From: a bacterium | GTDB lineage: Bacteria > Chloroflexota > Dormibacteria > Aeolococcales > Bog-877 | Direction: 5' to 3' | NCBI GenBank assembly: GCA_021785655.1 | Contig: JAJYET010000004.1 | Span: 8,907 to 72,906, forward strand | DNA length: 64,000 bases | Made by a program: the position numbers and the translations under genes | Shown: positions 1-8,639 of the stretch, piece after piece | Layout of the letters: every line of letters starts with the position of its first letter | Numbering within the stretch: position 1 is the stretch's first letter | The notes under the pieces: model-generated | Told to the model about the DNA's origin: nothing | Databases searched by the model: none | Seen by the model: only the letters and a program-made list of their open reading frames with translations

Positions 1-335
1 GGCCACGCCGTGCACAGCTCATCGTAGAGGTAATGATGATTGGCGTCGACCTCCACTAGACCGGAAATGTCAGTTGCCGCTACTGCCCTCAATTGGATCA
101 GGCTGGTCTGCGCACTTGTTTGGGATCGATGTTTCTTGCCGCTGGCCGGACGAGGAGAGGGTTGCGCTTCGGACTGAAGATGGTGGACCTCGGCTGGTAA
201 CTCCTCGACTCCCCGAGCTACCACCGCTAACGCTTCAGGAATCCGGGGCACAATGAAACGACCCGCTGCCAGCGCGCCCATCACAACGATTCCGGACAAA
301 ACGAGACCTGGCACACACCCAACTGCCCGCCGCAT
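1..335 (-). CDS. Hypothetical protein, partial (runs off window), with N-terminal hydrophobic segment
   Basis: Hand-translated open frame from ATG at 335: MRRAVGCVPGLVLSGIVVMGALAAGRFIV..., no stop down to position 3; directly downstream of 346..633. Confidence 0.45.
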   Translation of the reverse strand, partial: MRRAVGCVPGLVLSGIVVMGALAAGRFIVPRIPEALAVVARGVEELPAEVHHLQSEAQPSPRPASGKKHRSQTSAQTSLIQLRAVAATDISGLVEVDANHHYLYDELCTAW

Positions 336-345
336 GCCAGCTACC

Positions 346-633
346 CTAGAGTCGCAGTTTGCACGTGGGACAGACTCCCCGCTTGTCCAAATGTTTCCGG
401 TATCGCGCCCAGACCAAGAGCGCGCCTCCCAGGAAGCTGGCCGTGACGATGTACAGAGCCCATCCGTCCGTGAGGCGCCCGTGAAGCAACTTGCCTACCA
501 CGATGACAAGTAACGCTGCTGTGCCAATCAACATGAAACAACCGCATGCCAGCGAATCGAGCGTCACGAGGAACGGATGGTCCGCAGCAGGAGTAACGGC
601 TCTCTGGCACTGCGGGCACCAACGTACAGGCAC
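346..633 (-). CDS. Small membrane protein with a split zinc ribbon (LITAF-like architecture)
   Basis: CPQC at N-terminus, two hydrophobic helices, CPTC at C-terminus. Confidence 0.6.
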   Translation of the reverse strand: MPVRWCPQCQRAVTPAADHPFLVTLDSLACGCFMLIGTAALLVIVVGKLLHGRLTDGWALYIVTASFLGGALLVWARYRKHLDKRGVCPTCKLRL

Positions 634-685
634 GGCTCGTACTCACGATGTCCTGTGCGAGTACATCAAGCTGATAGTACTCGCA

Positions 686-786
686 CCGTCCCCCAAACAA
701 TTGACCCCTTGTTTACCGCTTCGTGACCAGGCCCCGCTGAACTCGGACCGGGGCAGGTCGGGCGGGGACCATTGTTTAGGGGCCGG
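686..786. repeat. 23-bp imperfect inverted repeat pair (MITE or IS-end remnant)
   Basis: CCGTCCCCCAAACAATTGACCCC (686-708) vs reverse complement of 764-786 CCGGCCCCTAAACAATGGTCCCC, 19/23 identical. Confidence 0.55.
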
Positions 787-805
787 GAGCCATCTCCCGT
801 CACGC

Positions 806-1270
806 CTACCCTGGATCGTGGCGAAGCATCCGCACCTCGACACCAGTCGCCCCCACGTCAAGCCTGGCCCAGCTCCGGTCGGCGGTGAGCACCGGCCATC
901 CCAGACGGAGGCCAAGGGCCAGGCAGGCCCGATCCCCGAACGACAGCCCGGCAGTGCGCGTGGGAGGAACCAGGACTGCGACGTTCACGGCGTCGGCCAG
1001 AGTGAAGGGCTCGACTGTCACAGAGCCAGGGAGCATCAGTCCCTCACCAGTGCCGAGACTGGTGAGCCAAGCGGGCGACGCTTCGGGCTTCACTGCCCCA
1101 GCCAGCTTGTCGGCGATATCCGGCCGGTCCCGGACCAGGCGCGCCAGCGCCTCCCCGAGGTTCACCGTGGAGATAGCGACACCATCCACCATGGCCGTCT
1201 CAACCACTTCCCCGCCGGGCTCGTCCAGCCAGAAGGCGAGCAGGGCCGACGCGTCAAGGACCTGCTTCAC
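806..1270 (-). CDS. vapC: VapC family PIN-domain toxin
   Basis: VLDASALLA, STVNLGE, GLSFGDRACLAL, VLTADR motifs; start overlaps antitoxin stop. Confidence 0.92.
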   Translation of the reverse strand: MKQVLDASALLAFWLDEPGGEVVETAMVDGVAISTVNLGEALARLVRDRPDIADKLAGAVKPEASPAWLTSLGTGEGLMLPGSVTVEPFTLADAVNVAVLVPPTRTAGLSFGDRACLALGLRLGWPVLTADRSWARLDVGATGVEVRMLRHDPG

Positions 1271-1578
1271 TACCGAGACAGCCGCCGGTGGGCCTCCGCA
1301 GCCGCTGACGAGTCCCCATCCGCTTCCGCAGCCTCCAGCTCGGCCTCAGCTCGTCGCTCGGCCTCCAGCTCGTCAATGACGCGCTCCGGATGGTCTGCGA
1401 ACCGCCTCCAGGCTCCCCGCAGCCGATGGGCTTCCCCCTGGGGTGACTCTAGGACCAGGCGTCCCTCCTCTGTTCTGGCCAGGAGCCGCGCCCCTGTCTC
1501 AAAGCCAAGCGCACGCCGAATCGCCGCTGGGATGACCAACCGGCCCTGGGGTCCGAGCCTTACCTCGGTCTGTGCCAT
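1270..1578 (-). CDS. vapB: AbrB/MazE/SpoVT family antitoxin
   Basis: VRLGPQGRLVIPAAIRRALG AbrB motif, directly upstream of PIN gene. Confidence 0.88.
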   Translation of the reverse strand: MAQTEVRLGPQGRLVIPAAIRRALGFETGARLLARTEEGRLVLESPQGEAHRLRGAWRRFADHPERVIDELEAERRAEAELEAAEADGDSSAAAEAHRRLSR

Positions 1579-1744
1579 AGCACGTCAATCATGCCACGAA
1601 GCGACCGCCGGTGCCAGCGGGTACCGACGCTGACCGCTGCTGAGGCGAGCGCGAGGGAGGGCTGAGGCGCCATCGTCCCCATGCGGACGGCCCGGGCCCC
1701 GATGGCGGAAGTGGAACCGGCCACCCGCTACGGACGCAAATTCC

Positions 1745-1960
1745 ATGCCCGACCTGCTGCACCGCATCTCCAACCCAGGCGACGGCGGCGATACCGTCAT
1801 CACCGTCGCGGCCCTGCTGGAGGCGCACATCAGGGGCTGCGACACGTGCCGCGAGGGGAACACCGCCGCCTGCCCGGAGGGACTGGCACTGACCCATGCG
1901 CTGGCCGCCGCCATCGCGCGCGACGTGGCACGAGCCCTGGGCCAGGAGCCCGAGGGGTGA
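1745..1960 (+). CDS. Small hypothetical protein with HxxxCxxC-x7-C motif
   Basis: HIRGCDTCREGNTAAC; protein-like composition. Confidence 0.5.
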   Translation: MPDLLHRISNPGDGGDTVITVAALLEAHIRGCDTCREGNTAACPEGLALTHALAAAIARDVARALGQEPEG

Positions 1961-1993
1961 GCACCTGGCGCTGACCGACTACGGGGCGGCCGG

Positions 1994-2275
1994 CTACAGG
2001 GCCTCCGACGCCTCGGCCTTGTCGCTGACGGCTGCAGCCTCGGGCCCCGCCGCCTTGGGCTCGGCAGCCCCCGCCTCCAAGCGATACCCGCGGGCCTCGA
2101 GCTCGCGGGTGATGCACGTGCTCCAGCCCTCGGGCTGGAAGGCCTCACAGGCGGTCAGGGCGTGGCCCAGATCACCGAGCCGGATGGTGGGGGGCGCGAG
2201 CGCGGCTACGGGCGCGGCTGTCTCAGCCTTCGCCTTGCCGCTCTCCGCGGATTCCACCGCTACTTCATCGGCCAT
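1994..2275 (-). CDS. Small hypothetical protein
   Basis: GAGGTGAG RBS before ATG at 2275, MADEVAVESAESGK...; C-terminal part of the 1994..3121 ORF. Confidence 0.55.
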   Translation of the reverse strand: MADEVAVESAESGKAKAETAAPVAALAPPTIRLGDLGHALTACEAFQPEGWSTCITRELEARGYRLEAGAAEPKAAGPEAAAVSDKAEASEAL

Positions 2276-2279
2276 GCTC

Positions 2280-2880
2280 TCACCTCTGATCGCTTGTGGG
2301 GAGCCGGGCGGATCCAGTGCAGCCTGATGGTAACCCTGGCCCTGGAGCTGCGGACGCCCAGATGGCACGCAGCGGCTCCAGGGCCAGCTCCAAGCAGCGG
2401 TCAATGGCTCCACGGTACTCGCGCACCGCTTCCACGTACCGCCGGTGCTGGTCCCGTGCCAAGAAGTCCCGTTCATGCTCGCCGAGGTAGTCGAGCACCT
2501 GGTCTGCGAGCTCGTCCACCTGAGCGCGCCACTTGAAGAGCGCCGGAGCCGCCTGCCACCACCACCGCGGCTCCCGGGCCAGCTCTGGGTCCGGCTCCAG
2601 CCTGCCTGGGTGGTAGGCATCGGCCGCCACGGCCTGGAGCTGGTGCTCCGCCGCACGGTCCGCCTCGGCCAGCTCTCGCTGGAGTCTGGCGATCTCCGCC
2701 GCGGATGCGCGCTGGAGCTGCGCCAGCTCGATCCTGGCCGCCTTCCGCGCAGCGGCCTCCGCCCCAGCCCGACCGCGGGCCTCGGCCTCAGCGGCGGCAA
2801 CGTCCTGATCGGCGAGCGCGCCAAGGAGGATGGCGGTGAAGGTCTTGCCGTCAGCCGTCCGGCGGGGGTCGAGCCCCTGG
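2280..2880 (-). pseudogene. 5'-truncated helical/coiled-coil hypothetical gene
   Basis: Protein-like frame (AEIARLQRELAEADRAAEHQL...VDELADQVLDYL) without a credible start; abuts the truncated integrase out of frame. Confidence 0.45.
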
Positions 2881-3103
2881 TGGTGCGCTGGAGGCGGGCA
2901 AGCCACTCAACGATCTTGGGGCGCGTCACCTCCGCCGCCCTCAGAGGCAGACCGTTCGCCTGTGAGTACTCAAGGAAGCTCCGGACCGAGTATCCGTAGC
3001 TGGCGAGAGTGGCCGGGCTCTTGCCCTCAGCCTCCATGGTGGGCAGGAACGCCTCCCGGAGCGTCCTGAGATCGGGACTGAATGCCTTGGGCCGCCTTGC
3101 CAT
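2880..3103 (-). pseudogene. Tyrosine integrase N-terminal (SAM-like) fragment
   Basis: REAFLPTMEAEGKSPATLASYGYSVRSFLEY...EVTRPKIVEWLARL; no catalytic domain; immediately 3' of tRNA-Thr. Confidence 0.75.
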
Positions 3104-3201
3104 GGCCTGAGGGCGCACCACAAGTAACTGGTCTTAGAGCGTTGTGCCCCACTAGCCAAGTCGCCAAATGTTCACTTATGTGGTCCCAATTAGATCCAAA
3201 G

Positions 3202-3273
3202 AGCCCAGGGCGGGGATTGAACCCGCGACCTCTTCCTTACCAAGGAAGCGCTCTACCACTGAGCTACCTGGGC
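3202..3273 (-). tRNA. tRNA-Thr(GGT)
   Basis: GCCCAGG/CCTGGGC acceptor, TTGGTAA anticodon loop, GGTTCAATCC T-arm; CCA not encoded. Confidence 0.95.
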
Positions 3274-3274
3274 G

Positions 3275-3356
3275 TGGGCGGGAGAGGATTCGAACCTCTG
3301 TAGGCGACGCCAGCTGATTTACAGTCAGCCCCGTTTGACCACTTCGGTACCCGCCC
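3275..3356 (-). tRNA. tRNA-Tyr(GTA)
   Basis: GGGCGGG/CCCGCCC acceptor, CTGTAAA anticodon loop, long variable arm, GGTTCGAATCC. Confidence 0.95.
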
Positions 3357-3363
3357 GCCGGCG

Positions 3364-3369
3364 AGTATA
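3364..3369 (-). promoter_or_regulatory. -10 box of the tRNA-Tyr/Thr transcript
   Basis: TATACT 7 nt upstream of tRNA-Tyr. Confidence 0.65.
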
Positions 3370-3415
3370 CCGGGAGTCGACCCCGCCCCTGTTCTTCTAG
3401 GAGGTGAGCTCAGCC

Positions 3416-3775
3416 ATGCCCGACGGCGCCCTGCCGGAGATCGATTTCGGCCACTTCAGCGAGGTTGACATCCGCAGCGGGGTGGTCACGGCCGCCACCG
3501 CGTTCCCCGAGGCGCGCAAACCGGCGATCAAGCTGGAGGTCGACTTCGGGCCGGAGATCGGTATCCGCCGGTCCAGCGCCCAGCTCACCCGCCACTACCG
3601 GCCCGAGGAGCTGGTCGGATCCGAGGTGCTCGCGGTGGTCAACCTGCCCCCGCGGCGGGTGGCCGGGTTTCGAAGTGAGGTCCTGATCTTGGGGATGATC
3701 AACCCTCAGGATCCGGGCGAGGTGGTGCTTGTCCGCGCGGATCGGGCGGGCACCCGGGGCTGGCGCCTGGGCTGA
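3416..3775 (+). CDS. csaA: CsaA/Trbp111-like tRNA-binding protein or export chaperone
   Basis: VDIRSGVV...FPEARKPAIKLEVDFGPEIG..SSAQLT..Y, VVNLPPRRVAGFRSEVL; GGAGGTG RBS. Confidence 0.92.
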   Translation: MPDGALPEIDFGHFSEVDIRSGVVTAATAFPEARKPAIKLEVDFGPEIGIRRSSAQLTRHYRPEELVGSEVLAVVNLPPRRVAGFRSEVLILGMINPQDPGEVVLVRADRAGTRGWRLG

Positions 3776-3853
3776 GTGATTGGGGGCCCGGACTCGGGAA
3801 CCGCTAACATCCCAACTGGAGGGAAGGAGTCCAACTGTGCCAAGGAGACGGCC

Positions 3854-4951
3854 ATGAGCATCATGCGGCGGATGTCGGACCTGTTCCAGCAGAAGGCCAA
3901 CAAGGTCCTGGATCGGGCGGAGAACCCGGTCGAAGCGCTGGACCTCTCCTACCAGAAGCAGATGGAGTCCCTGCAGCAGGTGAGGCGGAGCGTGGCCGAT
4001 GTCCTCACCTCGGAGAAGCGGTTGGAGATCCAGGCCGCCCAGCTGCAGCAGAGCCAGGACAAGCTCCAGGGGCAGGCCAAGCTGGCCCTCCAACAGGGCC
4101 GAGAGGACCTCGCCCGCCTGGCTCTGACCCGGGCCCAGGACGCTCAGAACCAGCTCCAGAGCCTCCAAGTCCAGATTGCGCAAATGAAGGACCAGGAGCA
4201 GAAGCTGGAGCTGACCGCCCAGAAGCTGCAGGCCAAGGTCGAGGCCTTCCGCACCCAGCGCGAGACCATGAAGGCTCAGTATTCGGCGGCCAAGGCCACC
4301 ACCCAGGTGGGCGAGGCGGTGACCGGGCTCAGCGAGCACATGGCCGATGTGAACCTCATGATGGAGCGCGCCCAGGACAAGACCCAGCAGATGCAGGCAA
4401 GGGCAGCCGCCATTGACTCCCTGGTGGACAGCGGCACCCTGGACCAGATCGGGATCACCTCCGGGGACGACATAGAGCGCCAGCTCCAGAGCGGGCTGGC
4501 GACCTCCGAGGTGGATGCCCAACTCGCCCAGCTGAAGCAGGAGGTGCTTGGGGCCCCGGCCGAAGCACCCAAGCTAGAGGCGGCTGCGCCGGCCCCCCCA
4601 CCACCCCCCGCAGCGGCGCCAGCGGCCGCTCCCTCGGACACCACCAGAGCCACGGTGGTGGTGCGCATCCAGGGCGAGGACCAGTACCGGCTGGCCGTCT
4701 CCGAACAGCCGCAGCTCGAGCCGCTGGACCGGGCCCTCTCGGATGCCATATCCCGGCAGGACCAGGACAGCTACCGGACGGCGCTGGCGGCCCTGCTCAA
4801 CTTCGTCCGCGCCCATGGAACCAAGGTGCCCGCGGACGACCTGGTGCCCTCCGACGTGGTCCTGCCGTCCGAAGACATGACCCTGGAGGAGGCCACCGCC
4901 CTGTTGTCCGAAGACGGCAACGTGGTGGACGCCCCAGCCAGCCCGGCCTGA
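3854..4951 (+). CDS. pspA: PspA/IM30 family protein fused to a C-terminal PspAA-like domain
   Basis: MSIMRRMSDLFQQKANKVLDRAENP, coiled coil, GREDLAR, QARAAAIDSL; Pro/Ala linker then VRIQGEDQYRL...SDVVLPSEDMTLEEA. Confidence 0.9.
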   Translation: MSIMRRMSDLFQQKANKVLDRAENPVEALDLSYQKQMESLQQVRRSVADVLTSEKRLEIQAAQLQQSQDKLQGQAKLALQQGREDLARLALTRAQDAQNQLQSLQVQIAQMKDQEQKLELTAQKLQAKVEAFRTQRETMKAQYSAAKATTQVGEAVTGLSEHMADVNLMMERAQDKTQQMQARAAAIDSLVDSGTLDQIGITSGDDIERQLQSGLATSEVDAQLAQLKQEVLGAPAEAPKLEAAAPAPPPPPAAAPAAAPSDTTRATVVVRIQGEDQYRLAVSEQPQLEPLDRALSDAISRQDQDSYRTALAALLNFVRAHGTKVPADDLVPSDVVLPSEDMTLEEATALLSEDGNVVDAPASPA

Positions 4952-4953
4952 GC

Positions 4954-5529
4954 TCAGACCGGCACTCCCCAGAGGGCGTACCAGCGCTCCAGGTCGGGCT
5001 CCACCGGGAGGTCCTCCTTAGCCACCGCTGCCAGCCGCATCTCGGTGGCATTGTCCCGACGCCGGTCCCCGGTCGGCACGAATGGGTAGAAGGTGGCCTC
5101 CTTGTAGCCGTAGATCCAGTAGGCCGGCCCCGACGCCGAGGTGAACGGGAACACAGCCGCCAGGAGGCAGTCTCCCAAGCCCTCGTCCAAGAGTCCGGTG
5201 GCGACCGCGTGCAGGGCGGCCAGCAGGGTGTCGAACTGACTGCCCTCCACCAGCAGCCACTCGAAGCCAAGGTCGTCCTTGACCTCCCGCACCTTGAGGG
5301 CGTCCTCTGGCGACGCCTGGTCCTGCAAGCCGAGCATGGCCACCGTGTCGGCGGTCAGCTGCTGGAACCGGCCGCTGGGTAGCGAGCGGAACACCACCCC
5401 CAACCGTCCCGTGGGCTTGAGTCCGGCCGCGGTCTCCAGGGTGAGCATGGCGGTGCTCATGGCGAAGATCTTGTCCTCGTTGGACTTGGGGAGCTTGGTC
5501 CGGCCGAGGATCGAGTCGAGGAAGCCCAT
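4954..5529 (-). CDS. PspA-associated protein PspAB-like
   Basis: MGFLDSILGRTK, DDLGFEW, YWIYGYKEATFYPFVP, RDNATEMRL, EPDLERWYALWG; next to htpX and pspA. Confidence 0.8.
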   Translation of the reverse strand: MGFLDSILGRTKLPKSNEDKIFAMSTAMLTLETAAGLKPTGRLGVVFRSLPSGRFQQLTADTVAMLGLQDQASPEDALKVREVKDDLGFEWLLVEGSQFDTLLAALHAVATGLLDEGLGDCLLAAVFPFTSASGPAYWIYGYKEATFYPFVPTGDRRRDNATEMRLAAVAKEDLPVEPDLERWYALWGVPV

Positions 5530-5538
5530 GCCCCAACT

Positions 5539-6462
5539 CTAACTGGAAATCCTCGCCTCCAGCTCGCGGAGCTTGGCCAGTCGGTGCTCCAGGGAGGGGT
5601 GCGTGGAAAACACCTCTGCCAGACTCCCCTTGCCGGCGGCGATGGCCGGGAAGATCATGAAGGCGTTGGCTGATTGCACCTGGCGGAGGTCCCGGCTGGG
5701 GATCCTGGTCATCACGCCGCTGATCTTCTGCAGCGCCGAGGCGAGCTGGGAGGGCTCCTGAGTGATGATCGCCGAGCCCCGGTCTGCGGCGTACTCCCGG
5801 TAGCGGGAGAGCGCCCTGATCAGGACGAAGCTGATTGCCCAGACGACCGCGGCCACCAGGATGATGATGATCATCCCCTCACCCTCGTCCGAGCCCCGCC
5901 CCCGGCCGTACCCACCGCCGTAGCCGAAGCCGCCGAACATGCCGAACCACATCCCCGACTGCACGATCAGGGAGGCTACCGTGGCGAAGAAGCCAGCCAT
6001 GGCCATGACCTTGACATCGCGGTGGATCACATGGCTGAACTCGTGGGCCAGCACCGCCTCCAGCTCCTTGGGCTCGAGCTGGTCGAGGATGCCGGTGGTC
6101 ACGGCCACCACGGCGTGCTTGGGGTTGCGGCCGGTGGCGAGCGCGTTGGGCACCCGCGACGGGATCACAGCCACCTTGGGCATGGGCATCCCCGTGAGCT
6201 GGGCCAGCCGTCCCACGATGTCGTGCAGCTGCGGGTACTGCTGGGGAGTGACGATCTGGGCGTGGAGCGCCGAAAGCACCATGCGGTCCGAGAAGTAGTA
6301 CTGGGCCACCAGCAGCACAGCCACCACCAAGACGATGGTGACGATGCCGGTGTGCAGCAGCAGAAGCACCCCGACGAAGGCCAGGTAGACCACCGCCAGC
6401 AGGAAGAGGGTGAGGAACATCCGAGCCGTGAGCCCGACGTCGGTTCCCAACTTGCGTTGCAT
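5539..6462 (-). CDS. htpX: Zinc metalloprotease HtpX (M48)
   Basis: PNALATGRNP, AHEFSH, LSRYREYAAD, FSTHP. Confidence 0.95.
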   Translation of the reverse strand: MQRKLGTDVGLTARMFLTLFLLAVVYLAFVGVLLLLHTGIVTIVLVVAVLLVAQYYFSDRMVLSALHAQIVTPQQYPQLHDIVGRLAQLTGMPMPKVAVIPSRVPNALATGRNPKHAVVAVTTGILDQLEPKELEAVLAHEFSHVIHRDVKVMAMAGFFATVASLIVQSGMWFGMFGGFGYGGGYGRGRGSDEGEGMIIIILVAAVVWAISFVLIRALSRYREYAADRGSAIITQEPSQLASALQKISGVMTRIPSRDLRQVQSANAFMIFPAIAAGKGSLAEVFSTHPSLEHRLAKLRELEARISS

Positions 6463-6561
6463 GCACTCTCTATATACCCGTTTCCCGGCAACCGACGCAG
6501 AAGGGCATCTTCGGGGCCGCCTCGCCGGCGGCGCTACCATGGGCCGGAGCAGGTCGCAGAG

Positions 6562-7407
6562 GTGGTTTTCCCGTTGCTAGTCGATGCCCTGATTGCCGGA
6601 CTCACCCTGGGCGTGCTGGCCCTTGGGCTGCGGACCGGGGTGGGCCGTCGCCTCGCCCGCCTCGTTTCCCAGCGGGCCCACGCCCTCAGGAGCCGGACCG
6701 AGGATCCGCTTGACGCCCTGGATCTCGCCTACCACCGCCAGACCGAGGCCCTCCAGCAGGCACGACGAGGGATCGCCGAAGTGGTGACCTCACACAAGCG
6801 GCTGGAGCTCCAGGCCAACGGGTTTCGCCAGAGCCAGGTTCGGCTCCGCGATCAGGCCCGCCAGGCTCTTCTGTCCGGGCGTGAGGACCTTGCCCGGCTG
6901 TCCCTGACCCGGGCCCAGGCCGCCGCCGCCCAGCTGGCCTCCTTGGAACCGCAGGTAGCTGAGCTCCGCGAGCAGGAGGCGCGGCTGGAGCTGGCCGCCC
7001 AGCGCCTGAGGTCGAGGGTGGAAGAATTCCGGAGCCAAAAGGAGGTGTTCCGGGCGCAGTACTCGGCGGCGCAGGCCTCCGCGCGCATCGGGGAGTCGGT
7101 GACCGGCATCTCCCGGGAGATGGGGGACGTGGGCCGGATGCTGGAGGCCGCCCGGGAGCGTACCCGGGAGATGCAGGCCCGGGCGGCAGCCATCGATGAG
7201 CTCGTCGCCGCCTCCCACCTCGCTACCATGGGCCGAGGCGGAGACGCGATGAGCCGCCAGCCGAGAGCCGAGGAGGGAGAAACGGTCGGCGAGGCGCAGC
7301 TCCAGGGGCTGCCGCCGGGGCCCCCGCCACATCCCGGAGGGGCCGCTCTGCTAAATTCCAATTCCGCGTCCACGCCAGAGCCGTTCTCACTGCCAGAGGG
7401 AGGTTGA
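6562..7407 (+). CDS. Second PspA/IM30 paralog with N-terminal hydrophobic helix
   Basis: EDPLDALDLAY, KRLELQA, GREDLARLSL, AQYSAAQA, MQARAAAIDEL align with the first PspA; start (GTG) approximate. Confidence 0.8.
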   Translation: MVFPLLVDALIAGLTLGVLALGLRTGVGRRLARLVSQRAHALRSRTEDPLDALDLAYHRQTEALQQARRGIAEVVTSHKRLELQANGFRQSQVRLRDQARQALLSGREDLARLSLTRAQAAAAQLASLEPQVAELREQEARLELAAQRLRSRVEEFRSQKEVFRAQYSAAQASARIGESVTGISREMGDVGRMLEAARERTREMQARAAAIDELVAASHLATMGRGGDAMSRQPRAEEGETVGEAQLQGLPPGPPPHPGGAALLNSNSASTPEPFSLPEGG

Positions 7408-7667
7408 ACCAAGTGCTCCACGTCATCGCTTTCATCGTCATCGGAGTGGTCATCGGGGCCCTCTACATTCGCCAGTCACGGGGAGCGGCGGCGACCATCC
7501 GGGTCATCGCCGGGCTGGCCGGGAGCCTCATCGGCGGCTTCGTCACCCTCGCGGTCCTGGGTGAGGGCCACACCTCCGGGAAGTACGGGAGCATCTTGGT
7601 GGCGATCGTACTGGCGGTGATCCTCTCCGCCCTGGCCACCGCGGGGACCCGCCCCCGCACGGCCTGA
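7404..7667 (+). CDS. GlsB/YeaQ/YmgE-like stress response membrane protein
   Basis: 87 aa, three hydrophobic helices, IAGLAGSLIGGF motif. Confidence 0.7.
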   Translation: MNQVLHVIAFIVIGVVIGALYIRQSRGAAATIRVIAGLAGSLIGGFVTLAVLGEGHTSGKYGSILVAIVLAVILSALATAGTRPRTA

Positions 7668-7679
7668 TCTCGATTCTGC

Positions 7680-8639
7680 CTAGGGGCTGCCCGAGAAGAA
7701 CTCCTCCGCCCGGCGACGGTCCTCGGCCATCTTGGCCACCAGCTCGGCGTCGGAGCGGAACGTCTCTTGGCCCCGGACCCGTTCCAGGACCTCGGCGATC
7801 AGCTCCTGCCCATAGAGGTCGGGGGTGGGGCCGAGCCCGTGGACCTCGAACCGCCGGTCGCGCCCCGAGAAGTGAGGTCGTGTGCCGACGCTCCCCACTG
7901 CCGGCCTCGGCTCTCCTCCAGAGGCCGGCCGCCAGGTCATGACGTAGACCCCGTCGGGGGGCAGGAGCTGAGCGGGCAGGGTCCTCAGGTTGGCGGTCGG
8001 GAAGCCCAGGACCCGGCCCAACCCCTCACCCCTCACCACCTCCCCCATCACCTGGAAGGGATGCCCCGCGAGGGCCGGGTATTCCGAGACGCGGCCCTCC
8101 TGCAGAAGGCGCCGAAGCTCAGAGCTGCTCACCGCCACGCCCCCGACCACCAGCTGGTCTACCACCTCGAGCTGCAGCCCTTGTTCTCGAGCGTAGGCGC
8201 GGACGAAGTCCACCCCCCCGCTGCCATCCCGACCCAGGGAGAGTCGGGGCCCGGCCGCCAACCCGACGACCGCCAGCTGATGACGCAAGCGCGAGAGGAA
8301 CTCAGCCGGCTCCTGCGCCCGCAGCCGGTCGTTGAAGGGAATGACCAGCACCTGGTCCACGCCGGCCTCCGCCAGCAGTCGTCGGCGAAGCCGCAGCGGG
8401 GTGAGGAGGCCGGGCACCGCCTGTGGACGCAGGAGGTGTGCCGGATGGGGCTCGAAGGTGACGGCCACCACCATCCCCCGCGGACCGGCGATCCGGCGCG
8501 CCGCCCCGAGGAGCCGCTGGTGGCCCAGGTGCACTCCATCGAAATTGCCCACCGCCAGAACCACCGGCGGGCCATCTGTGGGCGGGCCGTTCAGAGGGGT
8601 GCCGAAGACCCCCGGCACCCCGACCCCAAGGTCAGCCAC
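7680..8639 (-). CDS. ribF: Bifunctional riboflavin kinase/FAD synthetase
   Basis: GNFDGVHLGHQ, VSSSELR, GRVLGFPTAN, GVY; start approximate. Confidence 0.95.
   Translation of the reverse strand: MADLGVGVPGVFGTPLNGPPTDGPPVVLAVGNFDGVHLGHQRLLGAARRIAGPRGMVVAVTFEPHPAHLLRPQAVPGLLTPLRLRRRLLAEAGVDQVLVIPFNDRLRAQEPAEFLSRLRHQLAVVGLAAGPRLSLGRDGSGGVDFVRAYAREQGLQLEVVDQLVVGGVAVSSSELRRLLQEGRVSEYPALAGHPFQVMGEVVRGEGLGRVLGFPTANLRTLPAQLLPPDGVYVMTWRPASGGEPRPAVGSVGTRPHFSGRDRRFEVHGLGPTPDLYGQELIAEVLERVRGQETFRSDAELVAKMAEDRRRAEEFFSGSP

Noticed and set aside
1994..3121. 375-aa integrase fusion protein
   Set aside because: Middle is low-complexity off-frame sequence joining an integrase stub and a separate small gene
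5674..6561. N-terminal half of the 577-aa ORF
   Set aside because: Antisense shadow of htpX; only the PspA part is credible
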